Assembly (NCBI GenBank): GCA_030704615.1
Contig: JAKLZA010000298.1
Span: 1 to 18,000, forward strand
DNA: 18,000 nucleotides
Direction: 5' to 3'
Source of the DNA: Takakia lepidozioides
Taxonomy: Eukaryota > Plantae > Bryophyta
Position 1 is the stretch's first letter. Each line of letters starts with the position of its first letter. Shown here one piece after another: positions 9,846-18,000 of the stretch. Under the pieces are notes generated by a model that ran no database searches, had not been told where the DNA came from, and saw nothing but the letters and a program-made list of their open reading frames with translations. A program made the position numbers and the translations under genes.

Positions 9846-12800
9846 TTAATCTTGAAAATCATCCGAATCCTCATCCTGTTCTAGACTGTCCTGCTCCGCC
9901 TCCACCCCCTCAGTGCCTCTCTCATCTCCAGCGGACTGCTCGTTGGCCAGGCTTTCGAAAATCCCATCTTCCCCTTGCGGAACTGTCCATCTCACCTCCG
10001 TTGGGTCGTCTTCCTCCCTGTCTGCGTCGCTCTCATCCGCTGAATCACATATGTACTTTCGTACCCGTCTACCTGTCTGAGCTGCTGCCAACTCTTTCCT
10101 TATCCTTCTGTCCTCCTAGCCCTCTCCAAAATCTGCTCTACTTTACTGGGATTCTCACTTCTTCTAATCGCTGTATTTGCGAGTTTAGCTGCATAACTAG
10201 GAAGGGAGTAGTCCTCACCGGGCTCGTCATGAAGTCGGCCCTCGCAAAGAACGGGACATTCTTCCTGGCAGGAAGTGTAGGCCCTACATGTTTCGACCCG
10301 GACCCTGCAATCCTGCACATGACAATCATCAACGAGACTAATGAGAACCACAGTCGGGAAATTCGTTTGACATAAATGACCCAGAAGGCTTTGCAAACTT
10401 ACAATGTTTGCACTCACTCGTATTCCGGGTTCTCCTCCGCATCAATGTCCACTGTGTCTTCCTCGGACTCCGACGAATCCGAGGAGACTTCCGCTCTGTC
10501 GGGAGCCTTCACATTCCGTTGCAGCCCTCCAGATGGGATCCCCACACGGATGAATCCTCCTCGTAGGCAAAGAGGTGCCGGTCGGAAAACCGCCCAGCCC
10601 ACATTGAGGCACCTGTTACAATGCCATCCACACATTACCACATGGCGCTTCAGATGTTGCGAACTACATCCTAACGAGAATTTGCAGAACAGCATAGATC
10701 AAGATTCTGCATACCTGTCCCACAGATGAGGTCGAGCACTGTGCCCTCCACGTCTGTGCATGTCTCCATAATTGTCTGAATGAAGGCAGGGCTCCGAGTC
10801 CGTGAGTACCGCAGGGGTTCCGTTGAAGTGAGGCTATGAGGGAGAAGTTCCTTGGGAACGTTGTTGAACAGAACGTCGTAATCGAGTGGGTCGCAGTTCG
10901 GGTCAACCTTTCCTCCTCCTTCCGGAAAGCAAAGGTGGAGTTCTCCTTCACAAAGCAGTATGCATCGAACTGCTTCGTCTGCATACACAGGGGGAAAACG
11001 ATTAGAAACCGAATGCGGCACCGCATTTGAAACACCCAAGCAAATGAATGGACGAGTGCCAGTGTCGTAATCACCTTCTTCCCTTCCGACCGAAGGCCCA
11101 GTGTGTTGATGCACGTCCACTTCTTTTTCAGAATCGGGACGGCGCTCTTGCGGGTCCACTTCGCAATTCCTGTCTGAGTGTTTTTTCCTCTGCTCGCCAG
11201 GACAACCACACAGCCTCTGTCGTCCAACACCATGCGGGCAAGCCCGAATCCTTTCTTCCAAAAGTCCTCCGAGTACCTGTTCCAAGATGGCAAAGCTTGC
11301 AGTCCTTCCACAGGCTCTCCGTCCGGAATATCCAAGATGATCATATCGCAAGACCACTCGGGCATTTCCGCCCTCCTACAATCCGTCTGCACACCCCTCT
11401 CAAAGAACGAGACCATATTCTGAAATCCTGGGTGTCGGAAGGCTCTTCGGCAGTCGCCTTCTTCAGTGCTCTGCCCTTCAGACCCTCCATGGTCTTCATG
11501 TATGCCAACTTGGCTGCCCGTCCATCCAAAGCCGCCAAGAAACTCTCATTTACACACTGGACTACTGTTTCGGGAGCCACTTTCGGCCTCTTCATTTCCA
11601 CCCGGCTCGAAAGGGTGCCCCCTGGGGGGTTGAAGAGTGCCTTCTTTGCCGAGCCAGTTCTCGTGCCTCTCGTGACAACGGTGGGCACAGGGGAGGCAGC
11701 CTGCGTTTGGGGGGGTGGGCTGGTTGCAAAGTCTCCATCGGAGTCCTCTTCTCACCCTCTTCCTGACAGGCTGTTTCTGCTTCTTCGTTTTGGCGGGTGT
11801 CACAACAGCTGCTCCTTGCTGGCGAGTCCTCTTCTTCGACCCCTTCTGTTGGGCTGCACAGCTGCATCCACCGTCTTTTGTGCCATCTCAGCTGCCTTTC
11901 TGGATTCTTCCAGAGCAGCAGATTCCTTTGCCGACTTTGGCCCAGCAGGGACACGTCTTTCCTTTCTCTTCTCTTCTGCCAAGGCGTGCAGATCTTTCTC
12001 AGACTCGTCAACAATACCGCCAGACATGTCCAGTACCACGGGCATCCAACGAGATGCGCGGGATGCCATTGTTTCTGCATCTCGGGTGTGTAGACACAGC
12101 TTGGGCCCGCCACGGTCCAAGCCATGAAGAACGGGGGCTCTTGAGCCAGGGCCCCTGTCTGAAGGAGCACGTATTTCATATACCTGCAAGGCAGTCAGCA
12201 TGCGTGAGCAAAAGTTGAGACCAACCTACTCGCAGAGTGCCACCGAAAACATAAAATGCGAATGCGGTGCCGCATTTCCGAGACAAACCTCGTAACCAGG
12301 CTTCGCATACAAGGGCAGCTGTGCTTCACCTGTAAACAATTCGCATTGCAGCTTTCCCCGCTCCCTCCTGATGTGTAAACTCCACGCTCCTTCTTGCTGT
12401 CTGTAGCTCTCTGGCGAAAAGGTTGTCCTTGTGAAAAGTGTCACGTAGTCTTCCAATGTCTGTGTTCCATCCCATTTGACGTACAAGCGAACGAATTTGT
12501 GTGCATTACGACTTGCTCCTTCGCATTCGACATTACATGCTGCGATTCCCAAATGCATTGTCAACGTAGCAGTCAGGGAATTCATTTCAGAAAAGCAAAT
12601 CTGGGGAAGCTTACCTTGAATTACCTGGAACCACCAAGTCATACGGTTGAGCCACACATCATGCAGGGTCGGGAAACTTCCAGTGGAAAAAGACCACATT
12701 GTCCTTATGCTCTCGGAGCATTCCAGATCGACAGCCCACCGTGTCTTGCCATTTCCGATCCAATGTCAGGAGCTGGAAGAGAGTGGCTATTGCCTAGGAA

Positions 12801-14726
12801 GAGAATTCAGTGCATTGAAACCTCACCTCTCTTTCGCACTCCACATGCCGTGAGAGGGGATTGCAGTTTCTCCAATTGCATGGTCGGCTGCATGGCCGAG
12901 AATAGTGTTTGGCAATCTCGGAAGGATTGAAGTCCTTTCAAGTGCCGGATCCTCAATGCCACCTGCTCACAAGCTTTGACTTGTATTTGGTTCTGGACTT
13001 GACACAGGCTTCTTCAAGTGGCTCAGTCAATGACTGCAACGTTTTCACCTGCCCCTCACTTCCATGACGAAGCGTTGGCATGGGCCAAATCCAGCTTGAT
13101 GTTTGACTGCCAACAAAAACATGCAGAAGCGTTACATTCGATTCATGTGGAAACATTACTGAAAATTGGGGAAGGATGCGCAGAGGGAAATTGGAGGAAC
13201 GACTTACTTCGTATATCACCTCCACCATTCAATCCATAGTGAGACGATACCATGTCCGGTTGTTTTTGCACGGCTTTTGATGAGCTCGGGCTCCAGCATT
13301 TCCGCAAACATCTGCCGGATCAGTGAGACCATTTTCCTCACCATGTACAGCATATGTGCCATGTGAGGTATGCACGTACGCATTCTCAGTGACCCTACAG
13401 GCACACTCTCCAGTTCAGTACACGGAGACGGAAACAAACCAGAAATGGAAACCGAAATGCGGCACCGCCATTCGAACGTGCTAGGAGGGTATGAGTATCT
13501 ACGAGTTGAGGTCCGCCATGGCATTCTTGAGCAGGGAGGAGTCTGCCGCCTTCACCTTCAGGATGACACACTCCACCATGTAATGCCAGCCAATGTGACC
13601 TGCATTGGTTCTGCCTTGATGTACTCCACCAGGCGAGAAGTCGCGTGATTCCCGTCCCACACAAAGAACATTTTACCAGACATATGGCCGAAGTCTGGAT
13701 CACCCTTCAAGCGTCGCCTCAATCTCTTCTCTCCTCGCTGCGAGTGTGCCAGTGGGTATCCCACGTTGACAATTCATCGGCAGTGGGTCCACGAGTTTCG
13801 CCGTCCTCATTCTCAATGGAAACGTAAAACGGTGCCGATCCCATACGGTACCCTTCTGAAATGCGAAACTTCAGCTTATCCACATCTCGGGAAGGGCCTG
13901 CCTGACGATGGGAAGGGAGACCATGCGACAGAGGGGATTCGAAGAAGAGTCCGCTGGAATACCCTGCCCTGCCCAGAACTCTGCCAATGATACTGTGTGT
14001 CTCCTCCAACATTTATCCGCTGCACTTTGAAATCCTCCGGAGAGACTGTCTGTAGGTGCCGGTAGTGGCTGAGCAGGTGGAGCATCCTCAACTGGAGCTG
14101 CATGCGCCGGGCCTGTTGCGGGCCAATATGCCTTGCAGAGGCCTCCTCCGGGCCTGCTTGCTCATCGGTGGTGAGGTCTGGCTGCGAACGTTTCGGCAGC
14201 ACCCTCCTCCGGTACCAAATCGAGATCAACGGCGATCCCATTGCCTTCGCTGCAGCAGAGTCGCGCCCCAACATCTGCAGGCGGGAAATCCTCCAGGAAC
14301 TGAGCTTCAGCTCGTGGAAGCGGTTTTGCGGGAGATTGTCGGCCGTCGCCCTGATTGCCTTCTGCTTCCTCATCCTGCAGGTGAAGGTGTCTGCTGCAAT
14401 TGAATCGTCTTTTACCCTGCTGCTTCATTCGCGTTGGGGGGGTGAATCGGCCTGAGCCGGTTCAGAAGCCAGTAGAGGGACGGGCTGCTTCTCTTCGACT
14501 TTGCTGGAGAAGGGCCGACCCCTGCTGGCGATTCTCCATGACCAAAGAACGCGAGTCGATCTCTGGGGCTTTGAACTGCCTTCGAAGCCGCGTCTTTGAA
14601 TCGCACAGGGCTAGGCCGGCAGGAGAATACCGCGCTCGGGGATCGGGTGGGTGTACGTGCTGCAGCTAGCTCCTCGGACTCTTCCTGCGGCTCTTCGGAT
14701 TCCTGCGATCCCTCCAGCACGTCCAT
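9846..14726 (-). CDS. Spliced, frameshifted gene: ParB/Srx-like domain, linker, beta-class N4C/N6A DNA methyltransferase-like domain and acidic tail
   Basis: N-terminal pieces: RDVDKLK..EGYRMGSAPFYVS and MFFVWDGNH(R)LLAWW (13630-13900). C-terminal: CDMIILDIPDG (motif IV-like, 11321-11350) precedes VEGTVLDLICGTG|ASMWAGRFSDRHLFAYEED (motif I, joined over GT-AG intron 10714-10613). Other GT-AG introns: 13502-13395, 13207-13107, 12288-12184, 11074-10979 and 10417-10313, plus less certain ones at ~12830-12775 and ~12610-12545. Start codon tentative. Confidence 0.75.
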
Positions 14727-15372
14727 TTTTCCTGTTAGGCATGCAAACATGTTCTGCATTCAAGTCTCCTAGCATTCAGTCTAAGAATTACAGAAGCAAA
14801 ATGGGGGTTCGGTGCTCGATCAGCTGCGCGTAGCCGATCGCATGGAGCTCTCACTGGTGGCTGGGTTGCCTGAGTGGCTGCTGCTCGGAGATGGCAATCT
14901 CCTCTGTAGACGCATCTGCTTCCTCCCCTTCGGCATTGGCCTACGTCCGAAGTATAATTTCCGGAGCTTGCGACGAGGCTCCTGTCTGGTGCACGAACTC
15001 CCCCCCTCTCAGTTCGAGCATAAGAAGAACAGAGAGAGGGAAAAGGGGCAAAGAGTGCAGATGGAAAGGGCGCGAGAGGGGGTGACTGAGGAGACACGAC
15101 AAAAGTAGATGAAACGGCGGGTGATGCACCACTTGGGTTCGAAAGGGTTGGACGAAAGTGTCTCCTCGTGGACTTTGCGTCATTACGAAAATTCGAATCG
15201 TTCAGGGTACGCCTGCCGTCCGAAAAAAAAACATCATTATCCAACGGTCAGGCCGCGCCGCCTCATGCCCCTTCAGTCAGATAGAGGCCGACATGTGCAG
15301 CAATTCCGTTGCTCAACGTGTTCACATTTCAAGGCATTTCCGTCCCAGCGTCTGATGAGTTGGAGCGAAAAT

Positions 15373-16946
15373 GCGAATGCGGCGACGCATTTCCGTTAAG
15401 TACCATCACGAAGCTACACATCGTACTTGTTGGAAGAAAATGCGGCACCGCATTTCCGTTCCACCTTACATACCTTAGTTGTTGAACGGAAATACGGTGC
15501 CGCATTTCCGTCCCACAGCTCCATGTATGAGATTCAAAAGGGAAATGCGGCGCCGCATTTCCGTTCTGGAATGTCGAAAGGTGCGATTCGGACGGGAATG
15601 AGCACAACATTTCAGTTCCCGTGGTCATGATTTTCAATGTGAACGGAAATGCGGTAGGGTTACGCATTTCCGTTCCCCCTTCACATACGTAGTTGATGAA
15701 CGAAATGTTGTGCCACATTTCCGTTCGGGAAGAAAGGTATAGAGGTCTCACCTGGACAGAAATGCGTGGTGCCGCATTTCGGTCTGGAAAGTTGAAGGTC
15801 TACATGGATGGAATGCGGGCAACACATTTCCGTAGCACAGCTCCAGGCCCCATATACAAAACGGAAATGCGGCGCCGCATTTCCGTTCTAGAATGTCGGA
15901 AGGTGCGACTCGGACGGAAATGCGGTGCCGCATTTCTGTTCCCGTTTGCGCACGATTTTCAGTCAGAACGGAAATGCGGTACCGCATTTCCGTTCTGTAG
16001 AGTATTAACTTCTGACGCTGGCGGAAATGTTGTGCCGCATTTTCATTCCACAACTCCATGCCTCACATACAAAACGGAAATGCGGCGCCGCATTTCCGTT
16101 TTGGAATGTCGGAAGGTGCGACTCCGACGCAAATGCGGTACCGCATTTCAGTCCGATGTTTCAGGATATTTCATCAGAACGGAAATGCCGGTGCCGCATT
16201 TCCGTTCTGGAAGTTGGGAGGTGCGACTCGGATGGAAATCGCTGCCGCATTTCAGTTCGATGGTTGACGATTTTCAGTCAGAACGGAAATGCGGTACCGC
16301 ATTTCTGTTCTGGATAGTATGAATGTCTCAAGCGGTCGGAATTGCGCTGTATGAAGCTGTCGGAATCGCACTCGGCTCCATGCATCAGATACAAAATGGA
16401 AATGCGGCGCCGCATTTCCGTTCTGGAATGTCGGAAAGTGCGACTCCGACAGAAATGCGGTGCCGCATTTCTGTTCCCGTTGTTCATAATTCTCAATCAG
16501 AACGGAAATGCGGTACCGCATTCCGTTCCACCTTCACATACCGTGCTTGTGGATGGAAATGCGGTACCGCATTTCCGTTATGGAGAGTATGAATGTCTTT
16601 AAGGACGGAAATGTGTTGCAGCATTTCTATCCCTCAGCTCCATGCATCAGATACAAAATGGAAATGCGGCGCCGCATTCCGTTCTGGAATGTCGGAAAAG
16701 TGCGACTCGGACGGAAATGCGGGTGCCGCATTTCTGTTCCCGTTGTTCATAATTCTCAATCAGAACGGAAACGCGGTACCGCATTTCCGTTCCACCTTCA
16801 CATACCGTGCTTGCTGGATGGAAATGCGTTACCACATTTCCGTTCTGGAGAGTTTAGGTTTCCCCCGGACGGAAACTCGGTGCCGCATTTCCGTCGCTCT
16901 GGTGCATGACCAAGAAGCAAAACGGAAATCGCGCCGCCGTATTTCC
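15373..16946. repeat. Array of ~30 22-bp palindromes with ~52-53 bp period and higher-order structure
   Basis: Starts at 15373, 15436, 15488, 15541, 15594, 15645, 15701, 15758, 15809, 15863, 15916, 15970, 16023, 16076, 16129, 16181, 16234, 16285, 16338, 16398, 16451, 16504, 16555, 16607, 16660, 16713, 16767, 16820, 16871 and 16924; some copies are degenerate. Confidence 0.96.
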
Positions 16947-17279
16947 GTCCACCAGCAATCGAAAGAATCACTCGGGACGGGAAATCTGGAACCTGAATGG
17001 GTTGCATTGTTCCGAAACAACATTGCGGCCAGTCTGATGAGCACAACTTGGTTGTCTGACCGTTTTAACAACAGTCGTGGCACTTGTCAGTGCAAACGTT
17101 CCTGTCTGCACCGAGAATACTGTGGATCCACCCTCAGGGAAAAACTGTCAGGAGATGTTATTTCGTCGCCGAATCGGCCATTATTGTCATACTTACTGGC
17201 TATGGAATCAAACCTCCCACCTTCATGCATGTAGCTTGAAACAATACTTTCCACTTCAATGTGCGACTTCCAATCGTCG

Positions 17280-18000
17280 ATGGACTCCGCAGATCCACTT
17301 AGATGTGCCTGTGAGCCTTGGTCTGTCGCTATACTGAACCTCGCACTTTCCAACTCCGTGCGGTGTTCGATGGCTCCGAATTCCTACGCTATAGTTTGCT
17401 GTCTCCGCAACTTGGGGAGCCTGGATCCCAACGAGAGGGAGGACTTTGCAGAGTGACTGAAACTTACCTTTGTTCCAAATTCAAGCTCAAACCGGGCACA
17501 GTTTTTGGAAGAAGAAAGGAAGGATGTTCCTGGACAGGTTGACGAGACCATTGTCGTGCTAGGTAACGACGGAGGTTGCGGAATCGAATGGCACGTCCCC
17601 CGTCAGACACCATCCTGTACCGAGCTGTGGAATGCCCATTCCCTTTCCGAATCAGTCGCTGCCCACACCATCCACAAAGGAGTCCGGAAACCGAGAGGCG
17701 GCCACTGCCAACAGAGAGGTAGTATGCAACGATAATCATTCCGACCTGGACCGTCAAGACCCTCCATAGCTCTCGTGTGGACGTATTCGACATTTCCGAC
17801 GAGGAAGATGATTGCATTGAGGTACCCATGTCCTCCACACGGTCGTTCAAATCCGGCATGGACGTCTCTGTAGGTGCTACGCATGTGCCCTCGAGCATAA
17901 CTCCAACCCGGTCCATTGTGCAGCTCCTACGACAACATCACCTCGATGGTTCTCGCCCCGAGCTGGCTGCTCTCGACTATGCCAAATTCCCAGTCAGAAG
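17280..18000 (+). CDS. 5' part of a hypothetical gene divergent from the ParB-MTase gene; disrupted, runs off the right edge
   Basis: MDSADPLRC...EREDFAE* continues in frame as LKLTFVP...DVPGQVDETIVVLG. After frameshifts, the frame 17723-18000 is open: VDVFDISDEEDDCIEVPMSS...RSIVQLLRQHHLDGSRPELAALDYAKFPVR. Confidence 0.45.

Larger units (their letters stand above)
6588..18000. mobile_element. Putative large (>11 kb) DNA mobile element carrying the ParB-MTase gene, a paralog pair and palindrome arrays; right end outside the window
   Basis: The PPR frame stops abruptly after GVKPN, and CATGAGC repeats follow. One shared palindromic motif links 7858-16946. No second terminus or TSD is visible, so the element call is an inference. 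Confidence 0.55.

Noticed and set aside
9049-9874. ORFs 9049-9621, 9334-9576, 9593-9874 and similar
   Set aside because: Same palindrome-derived artefacts.
11048-12127. 359-aa plus-strand ORF
   Set aside because: Antisense shadow of the low-complexity minus-strand linker and MTase exons; no motifs.
15373-16946. CRISPR array (palindromic repeat plus ~30-bp spacers)
   Set aside because: Spacers recur in higher-order blocks, repeats are degenerate and also dispersed into introns, there are no cas genes, and the context is eukaryotic.
15329-17234. Numerous overlapping ORFs (MRRRIS/NAAPHF/KCGAAF motifs)
   Set aside because: These are translations of the stop-free palindrome in all six frames, with no sign of real coding.
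17087-17916. Minus-strand ORFs 17087-17353, 17464-17916 and 17603-17884
   Set aside because: No recognisable motifs; the plus-strand reading looks more protein-like, though strand assignment remains uncertain.

Overview
Eukaryotic, intron-containing plant DNA; the retroelement and PPR content suggest a non-seed land plant (inference). Three parts: (1) 1-~4045, a 5'-truncated Ty3/gypsy LTR retrotransposon on the minus strand (RT, RNase H, integrase, a short tandem repeat and an extra downstream ORF). (2) ~4330-6587, degenerate, internally duplicated PPR gene fragments that include an OSB-type PDF motif. (3) ~6588 to the right edge, an apparent large mobile element that interrupts the PPR sequence. 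Part 3 carries a head-to-head pair of paralogous unknown genes and a spliced minus-strand gene whose pieces read as a ParB/Srx-like N-terminal domain plus a beta-class (N4C/N6A-type) DNA methyltransferase. It also holds about 44 copies of the palindrome GGAAATGCGG-YR-CCGCATTTCC: about 30 in an array with ~52-53 bp spacing, about 10 in a second cluster, three in introns and one between the paralogs. A divergent plus-strand gene runs off the right edge. The ParB-MTase gene with its parS-like palindrome arrays is the main candidate for an undescribed system. Gene models were assembled by eye across many 1-nt frameshifts, which could be read errors or decay.
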